From positions 1,963-65,962 of the forward strand of contig JAQBQH010000073.1 in NCBI GenBank assembly GCA_028287105.1: DNA of 64,000 nt, written 5' to 3'. Origin of the DNA: Myxococcales bacterium. Lineage in GTDB: Bacteria; Myxococcota_A; Polyangia; Palsa-1104. Position numbers and translations under genes: made by a program. Positions 1-9,059 of the stretch are shown one piece after another. Positions within the stretch are counted from its first letter, which is position 1, and every line of letters begins with the position of its first letter. The notes under the pieces were generated by a model, which saw nothing but the letters and a program-made list of their open reading frames with translations, made no database searches and was not told the origin of the DNA.

Positions 1-2
1 TC

Positions 3-287
3 GCGCATCTGTTCAGCCGCTTCTACCATGCGACCGGCGACGCGGGCTTCGCCGAAGTGGCCCGCTTCTGGTATGGGCGTGCGTTGCGGTTCCGAATACC
101 GGGCAGCGGCCTGGCCGGCTTCCTCGCGCGCAACCCAACGCCTGACGGCGCAATGGCGTGGGTGCCGTCGTCTGGCTTCCTGACTGGAGTGGTCGGCATC
201 GGGCTCGGCCTGATCTCTGGCATCGCCCCAATCCTACCGGAATGGGATCGGGTACTGCTCTGCGCAATTCCGGCGCGGTCGTAGAAC
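3..287 (+). CDS. 3' fragment (C-terminus) of a possible LanC-like / lanthionine-synthetase-C-like domain protein; 5' end lies outside the window.
   Basis: The open frame runs from the window edge to a stop at 285-287. Its C-terminal residues (...FYHATGDAGFAEVARFWYGRAL...PSSGFLTGVVGIGLGLISG...) resemble the terminal GxxG-rich repeats of LanC-like alpha-toroid domains. The Zn-ligand Cys/His are absent, as in class III/IV cyclase domains. The call rests only on this weak motif resemblance. Confidence 0.25.
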
Positions 288-295
288 GGTCAGCC

Positions 296-940
296 TCAGA
301 ACAACACGCCGCGCGCCGCCGCCTGCGGTAGAACTCGGTCGCGACATTGTCGTCTCCGAACACGAGCTGCGCGGTGCCTTTGGCGTGCGCGACCGCGGCC
401 GGATCCCGCCACGCGAGTCGCTCCGCAAGAGCGCTGCAGAAGCGCGCGTGCCCGGCGGCGAGGCGCAGAGTCAACTCGGCGTCGATCGCTCCCATCACGC
501 CGAGTGCAGCTGCAAGCCCGATAGATTCCGTCTCGTACGTTCCTGAGATGTGCCTGCGCCTCTCGGCGGCCATCAGCTCGGTGCGTCCTCGGAGTGCCGC
601 GATCGCGAAGCCGTTGCCGAGTGCCTTGCCGACGGTGGTGAGATCGGGCGTGAGACCAGATCCCTCGCGACGTCTACGGCTTTGTTGGCGACTGTCGAGA
701 AAAGTTCAAAAGCGACCCGAAGCTCGGCTCCAGATACGAGCGTCTCGGCGCCTATCTCGACAAGCGTCGATACCTCTGGACGGACGTTCTCTAGCCCGCC
801 GCCATGAGCGCACTGCGCGCTTTCGGTGCGTGAGAACGGCGTTAACAGCGCGGCGGAACTTTCGCCATCGCGGGCGCTCCGCACGACGGCACGGGTGTCA
901 GCGATGGCGACGTCATTCGGCCCTGCTCGCAGGATCATTT
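296..940 (-). pseudogene. Class-III (HemL / GSA-aminotransferase-like) PLP aminotransferase, C-terminal half only, broken by frameshifts and lacking its 5' half.
   Basis: Minus-strand translation of ~666-480 gives EGSGLTPDLTTVGKALGNGFAIAALRGRTELMAAERRRHISGTYETESIGLAAALGVMGAID. This matches the HemL active-site Lys block (TPDLTxxGKxxGGG ... GTxSGNP ... AAG). The reading frame breaks upstream (stop at ~706-708) and near ~340. The N-terminal ~230 aa expected at coordinates above 940 are missing, replaced by repeat copy 1. Confidence 0.5.
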
Positions 941-1068
941 CGAGTGCCGTCGGAAACCGAAGCATGACCAGCGGTTCCGTCGGTCAGGCACTCGAAATGA
1001 TCAATTCTCCCGTCTGAGCTGTCTTCATACGCGTAAGGTTCTCAGTTCGATTCTGAGAGGAGCCACCA
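938..1068 (+). repeat. Copy 1 of a ~130-bp structured repeat ending in a tRNA-like T-arm + acceptor 3' strand + CCA.
   Basis: The 3' part reads CTCAG-TTCGATT-CTGAG (5-bp stem, canonical T-loop) followed by AGGAGCC-A-CCA. The 5' part forms a hairpin: TTTCGAGTGCC (938-948) pairs with GGCACTCGAAA (987-997). The element is ~85-90% identical to copies 2 and 3, with a variable ~18-nt central segment. Positions 1081-1123 carry a degenerate inverted copy of the repeat's first 24 nt. Confidence 0.8.
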
Positions 1069-1192
1069 GTACTCGGTAGATCGGTTTCCGTTCGGCATAC
1101 GAAACGGCACTCGAAATCATCACGGTCCGGCATTGTCACGCAGTCCGAAAAATCTGCGCTCGCCGTCCGGGCACGACGGCATAATCGCCGTC

Positions 1193-3427
1193 ATGCGTTC
1201 TCCAATGGTCGCCTTCACGATCGCGACCTTGTTCTGGCTCGGCTGCTCGCACCACGACATCGAATCGCACGACGCGTCCGACCTGGCCGCCATCCCCGAC
1301 GACGGCGGCGCCGATGTCGATTTCGGCAATGCTGACCTGGCGACGCCTCGCCAGTTGTCGTTCTCGCTGCGCGCAGCGCGCAGCTGGCCGATGGAGGGCA
1401 ACGCGGCCTGCGTTCGCCTCGGTGACCTCGACGGTGACGGGAAGATCGACATCGTCCTCGCGAACTACCAGTCGCGCGTCACGGTGCTGCACAACGAAGG
1501 CGGCGGCAAGTTCGCCAAGCCGGTGCACTACACCGTATCGTCGGGTACGCAAGCGGTCGCGCTCGGCGACTTCAACCACGACGGCAAGCTCGACGTCGTC
1601 GCCTCGGGTTTCGGCGGACCGACCAACCTGGTGAGCGTGCTCCTCAACAAGGGTGACGGCACGCTCGACGCGGCCGTCGACTACGCCATCGGCGACAACG
1701 GCGCCAATCCGTACGCGCTCGTCACCGGCGACCTCGACGGCAACGGCAGCGTCGACATCGCTGTCGCCAACCAGAGCGCCGGCAACCTCGGAATCCTCCT
1801 CAACAAGGGCGACGGCACGTTCGGCACCGCCACCAACGTCGCCGCCGGCGCGAGCCCTTCGGACATCGCGGCCGGTGACGTCGACGGCGACGGCAATATC
1901 GATCTCGCAGTGGCCAACGATGGCGATGGCACTGTCAGCGTCTTCCTCAACAGCGGCGGCGGCTCGTTCGCGCCGGCGGTGAATTACGCCGCAGCCGCCG
2001 GTCCCTCCGGCGTGGCGCTCGCCGACGTCGATGGGGACGGCGCGCTCGATCTCGTCACCGCCAACGACAGCGGCAGCGTCAGCGTCTTGCACAACCAGGG
2101 CAACGGCACCTTCGCCGCCGCGGCGACCCAGATGGTGCCAGGCGGGCACACGGCGCTCGCGGTCGGCAACGTCGTCGGTGACGCGCGCCCAGACGTCGTC
2201 GCCGTCGGGCCAGGCGGCGCCGCCGTGCTCGAGCGAGGCGCCATGGCGTTCGGCGTCGCCCTCGAGGCTGCGGGCGCGTCGCCGCGATCGGTCGCGCTCG
2301 CTGACCTCGACGGAGATGGCAAGCTCGACGCCGCCGTAGCCAACTACGACAGCTCGGACGTGAGCGTCTTCTTGTCCGACGGGCTCCGGCTCGTCGGAGC
2401 GGCCCAGGAGAGCTGGACCATCCCGGCCGGCGGCGCCCCGTTCGGCGTGGCGCTGCTCGACGTCGACGGCGATGGCTACCTCGATCTCGCTGCGCCCGAC
2501 GAAGGCAACGGCGCAGTGCTCGTCATGCACAACAAGGGCGACGGCACGTTCGACACGCCGCAGAGCTTCGCGGTCGGCTCGGCTCCGATCTCGATCACCG
2601 CCGGCGACGTCACCGGCGACGGCAAACCGGATCTGATCGTCGGCAGCGACGCCGCCGTGCGCGCCTACGTCCTCGTCAACGACGGCCACGGAGGCTTCAC
2701 CGCGGCGACCGCCTATCGCGGAGAGGCGTGCGCGATCCGCATCGACGACCTCAACGGCGACAAGCTCAACGACTTCGTCGTCGCCGACTGCCACACCGGC
2801 GGCGTCAGCGTCTACCTCAGCCTCGGTGGCGGCGCGTTCCAACCCGAGCGCTACTACTCGACGGCGAGCTCGCCGCAGACGATGGCCCTCGGCGACGTCG
2901 ACGGCGACGGCAAGCCGGACGTGGTCGTGGCGACGTACGAGCTGCTCGGCGGCCCGAGCCAGGTCGCCGTGCTGCACAACAACGGCGACGGCACGTTCGG
3001 CGCGCCGACTGCCTACGCGACCGGCAAGGATCCAGTCGCGATCGTCGTCGTCGACCTCGACGGCGATGGCTGGCGCGACATCGCGACCGTCGATCTCGTC
3101 AACGGTTACGACGATTCGCTGAGCCTGGTCATGAACAAGGGCGACGGCACGTTCGCGGCGCCGGTCAGCATTTCCGGGCTGGCCTCGCCAAAGGCGCTCG
3201 CGGCGGCGGATTTCGTCGGAGACGGTCGCATCGATCTCGCGGCGACGCGCTCTGGTGGGATCGACATCCTGCTCAACGCGGGCAAGGGAGCGTTCGCGCC
3301 CGCCGTGTCCTATAGCGCGGGCAAGTCGAACGCGATCGCGATCGGGGACGTCGACGGCGACCACCTTGCCGACCTGGTCGCCGCGAACTCTATCAGCGCC
3401 GCTCTGCTCCGCAACACGAGCCACTAG
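1193..3427 (+). CDS. FG-GAP / VCBS (integrin-alpha-like) repeat lipoprotein.
   Basis: More than ten tandem repeats of the D-x-D/N-G-D-G-x-x-D-(I/L) Ca-binding signature (DLDGDGKIDIVLAN, DFNHDGKLDVVAS and others). N-terminal signal with lipobox FWLGC. Strong GC3 bias. The TTG at 1133 is the ORF-track start, but ATG 1193 gives a cleaner signal peptide. The antisense 762-aa ORF is a shadow. Confidence 0.85.
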   Translation: MRSPMVAFTIATLFWLGCSHHDIESHDASDLAAIPDDGGADVDFGNADLATPRQLSFSLRAARSWPMEGNAACVRLGDLDGDGKIDIVLANYQSRVTVLHNEGGGKFAKPVHYTVSSGTQAVALGDFNHDGKLDVVASGFGGPTNLVSVLLNKGDGTLDAAVDYAIGDNGANPYALVTGDLDGNGSVDIAVANQSAGNLGILLNKGDGTFGTATNVAAGASPSDIAAGDVDGDGNIDLAVANDGDGTVSVFLNSGGGSFAPAVNYAAAAGPSGVALADVDGDGALDLVTANDSGSVSVLHNQGNGTFAAAATQMVPGGHTALAVGNVVGDARPDVVAVGPGGAAVLERGAMAFGVALEAAGASPRSVALADLDGDGKLDAAVANYDSSDVSVFLSDGLRLVGAAQESWTIPAGGAPFGVALLDVDGDGYLDLAAPDEGNGAVLVMHNKGDGTFDTPQSFAVGSAPISITAGDVTGDGKPDLIVGSDAAVRAYVLVNDGHGGFTAATAYRGEACAIRIDDLNGDKLNDFVVADCHTGGVSVYLSLGGGAFQPERYYSTASSPQTMALGDVDGDGKPDVVVATYELLGGPSQVAVLHNNGDGTFGAPTAYATGKDPVAIVVVDLDGDGWRDIATVDLVNGYDDSLSLVMNKGDGTFAAPVSISGLASPKALAAADFVGDGRIDLAATRSGGIDILLNAGKGAFAPAVSYSAGKSNAIAIGDVDGDHLADLVAANSISAALLRNTSH

Positions 3428-3459
3428 ACGTCGCGCGGCGCGTGCTACGGTCGTCGACC

Positions 3460-4494
3460 ATGGTGGCCACTAGACGCCTCGACTGCATCGCGCTGACGCT
3501 GCTTGCCCTCGCCGGCCCCGCGGCCGCGGACCCGCCGCAGCGGCCGGACGCGCGCGGCAAGGGCGTGGTCAAGGAGCGGCTCTTTCACTCGGACGCGCTC
3601 GGCGTCGACAAGCGCTATCAGGTCTATCTGCCTGCCGGCTACGATCAATCGAACACGCGATACCCGGTCATCTACCTCTTGCACGGGCTCGGTGGCGACG
3701 AGACGAACTGGGCAAAACAGGGCGCGCTCGCCGAGACCGCCGACGCGATGGCGCTCGCCGCCGTCGTGGTCATGCCCGACGGGGACGACGGCTGGTACGC
3801 GAACTGGGCCTCGCCCAAGATGGATTACGAAACGTGCCTCAAAGGGAGCCGCGGCTTCGGTTTCGAGACGGACATGCACACCTACTGCGTCAAGACGGCA
3901 AACTACGAGGACTACATCGTCAAGGATCTCGTGGCGCACGTCGACGCGACCTATCGAACGGTCCCCGAGCGGCGCGCGCGCGCGATCGGCGGGCTGTCGA
4001 TGGGCGGCTACGGCGCGCTGGCTCTCGGCCTCCGGCATGGCGATCTGTTCGCGGCGGTCTTCTCGCACTCGGGCGTCGATTCGCTGTTCTACAAGGGGCC
4101 GCACCCGTACGACGCGACGAAGGTGGAGATTGTCGACAACGCGTCCGTGCCGGCGCACTGGGGCGAGAACACCGGGGCGATTGGCGCCCTGGTGCGGACG
4201 GTCTTCGGCGCCGACCTCGCGAACTGGGAGGCGCACGATCCGGCGACGCTGGCGGCGAAGCTTCACGACGGCGACGTAGCGCTCTATCTCGACGTCGGCA
4301 CCGAGGACGACTTCGGCCTCGACGCGCAGGCGCATCACCTCGACTCGGTGCTCACCAAGGCCGGCGTGACGCACACGTTCTTCGCCGGCCCGGGACGGCA
4401 CAGCTTCTCGTTCTGGCGCGATCGTCTCGACGACAGCCTCGGCTTCTGCGCGGCGACGTTCAAGGGTGGTGCGCGGTCGCGCGTCAAGCGCTGA
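3460..4494 (+). CDS. Secreted esterase of the esterase D / S-formylglutathione hydrolase family (alpha/beta hydrolase).
   Basis: Signal peptide MVATRRLDCIALTLLALAGPAAA. Motifs YLLHGLGGDETNW and GLSMGGYGAL (GxSxG nucleophile elbow). ATG 3460 is preferred over GTG 3442. Confidence 0.8.
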   Translation: MVATRRLDCIALTLLALAGPAAADPPQRPDARGKGVVKERLFHSDALGVDKRYQVYLPAGYDQSNTRYPVIYLLHGLGGDETNWAKQGALAETADAMALAAVVVMPDGDDGWYANWASPKMDYETCLKGSRGFGFETDMHTYCVKTANYEDYIVKDLVAHVDATYRTVPERRARAIGGLSMGGYGALALGLRHGDLFAAVFSHSGVDSLFYKGPHPYDATKVEIVDNASVPAHWGENTGAIGALVRTVFGADLANWEAHDPATLAAKLHDGDVALYLDVGTEDDFGLDAQAHHLDSVLTKAGVTHTFFAGPGRHSFSFWRDRLDDSLGFCAATFKGGARSRVKR

Positions 4495-4509
4495 GCGTAC
4501 GCGCGGCGA

Positions 4510-6231
4510 CTACTTGAAGCGGTTGACCTGGCCGCTGAAGCCGACCAGCAGCGCCTCGCCATCCTTACCGACCCAGACCCCGACCATCGCCTGATTATTG
4601 GCGATGGGGCGCGAGGTCCAGGTGCCGCTGCCGTCTGAGTGAAGCACCTGGTTGCCGAGCGCGCCGACGGCGTAGAGGTCGAGCGTGGAGCCGCCCGGCA
4701 CGACGCGCCCGGCGACCGCGACCAGGTTGGACGTGACGCCGCCGGCCGTCTCGTGGCCGCAGCTCCAGGCGGTGCCCGTGGCGGTGCAGTGAAAGATGCC
4801 GACCGTGCCGGCGCCGGCATCGCCGACGACCCAGACGTTGTTGGCGTCGGACATCCAGCAGCCGCGGAGCGAGCCGGTGAAGGCGCCGAAGGGGTTGGGC
4901 ACCACGCTCAGCATGGCGCCGGTGGCGTCGGTGGCGAACAGCTGCGCATTGTCGGCCGCCCCGGGGCTGTCGCCACCGACGGCGACGACGCGCATGCCGG
5001 CGCCACAGACGGCGTTGAACGCGTGCGCTGCCGCCGCCGCGAGGACGTTGCTCCAGGTGCCGGCGGCGCTGCGCACGCCGACGGTCTTGCTGCTCAGTGT
5101 GGCGTACACGACGCTGCTGTCGCGCGCCCACAGGCCGGTGACGTTGCCGGTCAACGGCGAGTTGGGCAGCGTCTCCGCGGTCCAGCTCTGGCTGCCGTTG
5201 CTGAACGAGATGATCCCGTTCTGGCCACCGACCCAGATGTGCTGCGCATCGCTGCCGGTGACCGCGTACGTGACGGTGCCGAGCGGGTTGGTGCCCTGGA
5301 CCCATCGCTGCCAGTTGCCGCTGGCGTCGCCACGAAATACGGGGGGCGCGGTAGTGTCGTTGGCGGCGACGTAATAGTCGCCCGTGCCGGTGCCCCACAC
5401 GGCGTTGAGGCTCGGCGGCGGCGTCTGATTCATGTTGATGAACTCGCCCGACCAGGCCGGCATGCCGACGCCGGTGAACCTCAAGCTGGCGGTCTCGCCG
5501 TCGTTGAACTGCGCATCGAGCGTCATCATCAGACTGCCGCTCTTGTCGGGGACGAACTGGAATGAGAGCAAGCAGCTGGCGCCGGCCGCGAGCGAGATCG
5601 TGGCGCCCATTCCGTTGCCGGCGTCGAGGGCGAAGCAGGTGGTCATGCCCTCGAGCTGCCAGGCGTTGCCGTCGCCGGTCGGCATGGGCATGTTGGTGAG
5701 GTTGACGGTCTGCGTGGTGTTGTTGGTCAGCTTGACCGCGTGGATCTGGCCGAGCGAGCCGCGCGCGGTCTGCCCGAAGTCGGTGCTGCTCGGGTAGAAG
5801 CTGACCACGCCGGCGGGCGGCCCGTCGCTGCCGCCGCCGTTGGCCATGTCGAGATCGCCGCCACCAACGATGGCGCTGTCGAGGTGGAAGGTGAAGCTGG
5901 AGTGGCCGCCGCCGGTCAGCGGCACCGACTGCACGCCGCTCGTTGCGCGCACCGCGCCACCGGCGAGCCCGTCGACGGTGATCTGCGCGGGCGAGGTGAT
6001 GCCCTGCGGCAGCGCCAGCGCCACGCGCACCGGCAGGGTGATCGTGCCGCCCGGCGTCGAGCTCATCGGCGCCGGCTGCCCGGCGACGGTGATGCGCAAC
6101 GAGTCGATCCCCGTGACGTTGCCCTCGACGCGGGCGCTGACGCAGGTGCCGCCGACGCCGGCGCAGGGATCGGCCGCGGCGCAGCCGGTCAACACGACGG
6201 CGGCCAGGAGCGTGCCAGCGATGGCGCGCAT
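4510..6231 (-). CDS. Large secreted lipoprotein with Ig-like N-terminal region and BNR / Ycf48-like beta-propeller repeats.
   Basis: 573 aa. Signal and lipobox (LTGCAA). Repeated G-x-x-W-S and W-x-G motifs in the C-terminal half. High GC3. No enzymatic motif recognised. Confidence 0.6.
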   Translation of the reverse strand: MRAIAGTLLAAVVLTGCAAADPCAGVGGTCVSARVEGNVTGIDSLRITVAGQPAPMSSTPGGTITLPVRVALALPQGITSPAQITVDGLAGGAVRATSGVQSVPLTGGGHSSFTFHLDSAIVGGGDLDMANGGGSDGPPAGVVSFYPSSTDFGQTARGSLGQIHAVKLTNNTTQTVNLTNMPMPTGDGNAWQLEGMTTCFALDAGNGMGATISLAAGASCLLSFQFVPDKSGSLMMTLDAQFNDGETASLRFTGVGMPAWSGEFINMNQTPPPSLNAVWGTGTGDYYVAANDTTAPPVFRGDASGNWQRWVQGTNPLGTVTYAVTGSDAQHIWVGGQNGIISFSNGSQSWTAETLPNSPLTGNVTGLWARDSSVVYATLSSKTVGVRSAAGTWSNVLAAAAAHAFNAVCGAGMRVVAVGGDSPGAADNAQLFATDATGAMLSVVPNPFGAFTGSLRGCWMSDANNVWVVGDAGAGTVGIFHCTATGTAWSCGHETAGGVTSNLVAVAGRVVPGGSTLDLYAVGALGNQVLHSDGSGTWTSRPIANNQAMVGVWVGKDGEALLVGFSGQVNRFK

Positions 6232-6995
6232 TAGAAGCGCACCATCGGCAGGGTCTTGGTGGAATCGGCGCTGGTCGCCAGCACCACGCCGACGACGACA
6301 CCGGCGATCACCACCGCGCCGACGCCGCCGATGACGCCCCAGAACCAGCCGCGCCGGGTGATCGGCTTGCGGCTCGGAGCCGAGGCGGTCAGGTCACCGC
6401 GCATGCTGCCGGCGGCCGTGGCCGTGGCCGTGGCACTGGGCGCCGGCGTCGTCGCTGCGGTCGGCGTCGCCGTCGGCGGGTTCGTGGCCGGCGCCGTCGT
6501 TGCCACCGTCGGCGTCGCCGCGGCGGGCGGCGTCGTCACGGCCGGCTTGGGCTCACGCGGCGGCGTCGCGCTGTCGCCGGGTCGCGCGCGGCTGGGGTCG
6601 GCCTCGATGGTGCCGACCGGCGGCTGGCTGGCCGTCTTGGACTGCTGGTCGATCAGCTTGTTGAGCTGCGCGATGTGGCGCTCGACCTCGGCGCGGTTGC
6701 TCGCCTTCGGCTCCATGCGCAGGTACTTTTGGTAGAAGCCGAGCGCCTTCTCCGGCCGCTTCGACTGGCGGTAAGCCTGCGCGATGTTGTAGAGGAACTG
6801 CGGCACCGGCTTGATGAGGAAGCCGGCCTGCCACTCCTCGATCGCCTTGTCCCACTCCTCGAGCTGGAAGTGGGCCATGCCGGTCTCGTAGTGCAGCTTG
6901 GCCTGCTGGGCGCGATCGTCGACGGGGGCCGGCGTTTGCGCCCACGCGGGACTGACCACCAACATGAGGCAGACCAGAGCGGATACACGAGTCAT
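6231..6995 (-). CDS. TPR-repeat periplasmic protein with Pro/Thr/Ala-rich linker and C-terminal membrane anchor.
   Basis: Signal peptide MTRVSALVCLMLVVSPAWA. TPR-like W-x-x-A-x-x-Y helices (WDKAIEEWQAGF, YNIAQAYRQSKRPEKALGFYQKYL). PT-rich low-complexity region and a terminal hydrophobic helix. Its stop overlaps the start of the downstream gene by 1 nt. Confidence 0.7.
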   Translation of the reverse strand: MTRVSALVCLMLVVSPAWAQTPAPVDDRAQQAKLHYETGMAHFQLEEWDKAIEEWQAGFLIKPVPQFLYNIAQAYRQSKRPEKALGFYQKYLRMEPKASNRAEVERHIAQLNKLIDQQSKTASQPPVGTIEADPSRARPGDSATPPREPKPAVTTPPAAATPTVATTAPATNPPTATPTAATTPAPSATATATAAGSMRGDLTASAPSRKPITRRGWFWGVIGGVGAVVIAGVVVGVVLATSADSTKTLPMVRF

Positions 6996-7339
6996 CGTCT
7001 GGCATTTTATGCCACCCTGACGAGCACGTAAAGTGTTTGCGCAGTCGGTGCGCGCCGCCGTCGCTCACGCCAGCCGGCAGGCGTCCACCTCGCGTTCAAC
7101 AGCCCTGAGGGGTCACCGAGCGAGTCTCGAGTCGCCCCAGCGCTCCGATGCCCGCGAAGCCCGAAGGCAGCCCGCACAAGTAGCGGCCTCTAGCGACACT
7201 CGCACCCCGATGATCGACCTTGTCGCTGTTCGCGCCCTGCGCAGCGCACCTCGATGCCCCCCGGAAGCTTCGTCGCTTCGCCGCGCCGCGAACCACAAAG
7301 GCGACTCGATCAATTCTTGCGAGCGGATTCTTTAGATCG

Positions 7340-7469
7340 CTTCGAGTGCCGCCGGAAACTGAAGCATGACCAGCGGTTCCGTCGTTCAGGCACACGAAAC
7401 GATCAATTCCTCGTCGACGGTGCGCTCATACGCGTAAGGTTCTCAGTTCGATTCTGAGAGGAGCCACCA
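7340..7469 (+). repeat. Copy 2 of the tRNA-like-ended structured repeat.
   Basis: CTTCGAGTGCCGCCGGAAACTGAAGCATGACCAGCGGTTCCG...ATACGCGTAAGGTTCTCAGTTCGATTCTGAGAGGAGCCACCA. The variable centre is CTCGTCGACGGTGCGCTC. Confidence 0.8.
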
Positions 7470-7569
7470 GTAGTTACGAGGCTCGAAGTTCCAAAGAACA
7501 AGGAATGGAACAAGGAAATGGCGCCACCTCGGACGGTGATACCGCACCGGCTCGGATGGCGCCGCTCCA

Positions 7570-7836
7570 CTAGCCGGCCGAAGGGGGCGCGTCGCCGCCG
7601 CCTGGGGCCTTGGCTTCCTTGGAGCCGACGACGATAAGGTTCATGCCCACCTGCACCGAAACGTTCTTGCCGTCGACAGTGAGCTGGGCCTTGCCATTGA
7701 CGTACCAGCCGAAGCTGCCGGTAGAGAACTCGCGCGGCTCGGCGACCATGGGAAACCCGCCCACGTCGATCTTGAGCGGCTCCGCCTTGGCGAGGAAGTC
7801 GGCGCGTGAAATGGGACATATCGTCTTGGGCGGCAT
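7570..7836 (-). CDS. Small hypothetical protein (~88 aa).
   Basis: Strong GC3 bias over MPPKTICPISRADFLAKAEPLKIDVGGFPMVAEPREFSTGSFGWYVNGKAQLTVDGKNVSVQVGMNLIVVGSKE. No recognised family and no clear RBS. Confidence 0.4.
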   Translation of the reverse strand: MPPKTICPISRADFLAKAEPLKIDVGGFPMVAEPREFSTGSFGWYVNGKAQLTVDGKNVSVQVGMNLIVVGSKEAKAPGGGDAPPSAG

Positions 7837-8405
7837 ACCCGGCGTATAGCACAAACTGAAGGTGGGACGGACGACGGACCATTGATCTGACAGCCAGCGC
7901 GTAGACGGCGCATATTCGGTCGAAGCACGCTGCGTTGAAGTCCTTGATGTTCAACCTGCGCTTCATCAAATGGGCGTCGTACGTCGGCTTGGTGTTCGGG
8001 CGGTGAATGAGCGGTCAGCCGGTCGAGGAGTCGTGGTCAATACTGCAGGGCGATAAGGCCGGCAGCCCGAGGATGGGAACCACCGCGTCACGGCAGCGCG
8101 TATCCGCGGCGAGAAGACGATCCGAGGGTACGTGCCGATAAAAACGAAGCGCAGCTCGACTCGATGATATCGGACGTGACTGACAGCTGACGATGCTACT
8201 CCGATGTCACCGCGACGAAGAAGCGCGATGAGCGTCGCTTCGAGCTGCGCACCGACGTCAGGCACGACTTCTGCGACTCGAACATCGACACTTGCAAGTC
8301 GCGCAAAGCGGAGCAGAAGCGCCTTGGTGAACATGGACCGCATCGGGCGCGAATCGCCGAGGAAGAGGCGCTCTTGCGGAGCATTGTGAAGCGTCTAGGA
8401 GGATC

Positions 8406-9059
8406 GTGATGGGGCGCGACGCGTCCGAGCCACAGCGCTGTGAGTCGTTGTTCCGTAGCCTGATCGATCACGAGGGTGATGCGGACGCGAACGCCAATGA
8501 TCTGCTGAAGTGTTTCTTTCGCGGGTACCCGCTCGACAACCTCCGCGAGCTTTTGCGAAGCGACGATCCCGAGGTTGCCAAAGCCGGCGTGTGGATCGCT
8601 TCTGAACTGGGAGCGCGCGCGAAGGTGCTGCTCGACGACGTCGTTCCCATTCTGGGCAACCTTCTTCCCTATGCTCGGTTCTTCGCCATCGACGCGATAC
8701 TCGGCGCCAACGGCGACGACGCCGAGGCGGTCGCCAGTGTCATCCGACTCGTTGACGACGCCGACAGCGGCGTTCGCTGGAAGGTCGTCCAGTTCCTGAG
8801 CCGCGCCTCGCGGCAGCAGCTCGAAGCGGCAGCATCGCTCCTCGAAGATCCGCTCGCATCTGCGCTGCGCCGCTTCCTCGACGACAACGAGATCAAGGTG
8901 CTGCTCGAAAGCGAGTCCGGCGCCTTACGAAGGCTGGCGCTTGCCGCTGCGATTCGCGCCGCGCCGACCAACCTCGGCGCGCTGCGCGCGGTGGCGGCGT
9001 CGACGGACGAAGAGGTCAGCGCGTGGGCCGTCGAAGAGCTTGAACAGCGCGGCAATTGA
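8406..9059 (+). CDS. HEAT/ARM-like alpha-helical repeat protein in a lower-GC segment; function unknown.
   Basis: RBS AGGAGG 6 nt upstream of ATG. 217 aa of regular ~35-40-aa helical repeats (DDPEVAKAGVWIASELG..., ADSGVRWKVVQFLSRAS...). GC3 is moderate and clearly lower than in the flanking genes. Confidence 0.5.
   Translation: MMGRDASEPQRCESLFRSLIDHEGDADANANDLLKCFFRGYPLDNLRELLRSDDPEVAKAGVWIASELGARAKVLLDDVVPILGNLLPYARFFAIDAILGANGDDAEAVASVIRLVDDADSGVRWKVVQFLSRASRQQLEAAASLLEDPLASALRRFLDDNEIKVLLESESGALRRLALAAAIRAAPTNLGALRAVAASTDEEVSAWAVEELEQRGN

Noticed and set aside
990-1062. Hammerhead-like ribozyme (CGAAA ... CUGAGAG) within the repeat.
   Set aside because: CUGAGAG is not CUGANGA. The required stem I/II/III topology around a UH cleavage site cannot be drawn. 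The CUGAG belongs to the T-arm stem.
938-1068. Calling the repeats genuine tRNA, tRNA-Sec or tmRNA genes.
   Set aside because: The T-arm, acceptor 3' strand and CCA are present. However, no complementary 5' acceptor strand (GGCTCCT) and no anticodon stem-loop can be formed. A forced 95-nt class-II/Sec-like fold needs mismatches and an oversized D-loop. A tmRNA-type 5' end (GGGGCTG...) is absent.
1136-3424. 762-aa minus-strand ORF mirroring the FG-GAP gene. Similar long Arg/Gly/Ala-rich ORFs exist at 4595-6301(-), 13652-15253(-), 19156-20436(-), 20018-21844(-), 24788-26560(+), 35966-38086(-), 38517-40100(+), 41568-43388(+, N-terminal part) and 52210-53337(+).
   Set aside because: These are shadow ORFs typical of 70% GC DNA. 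They are low-complexity and Arg-rich, carry no motifs, and are antisense or out of frame to genes with clear domain signatures and GC3 bias.
7860-8400. A toxin or C-terminal-domain gene upstream of the HEAT-like protein (polymorphic-toxin/immunity pair).
   Set aside because: No ORF with coding bias on either strand, and all frames are interrupted. Only decayed AT-rich sequence is present, so any toxin is at best a remnant.
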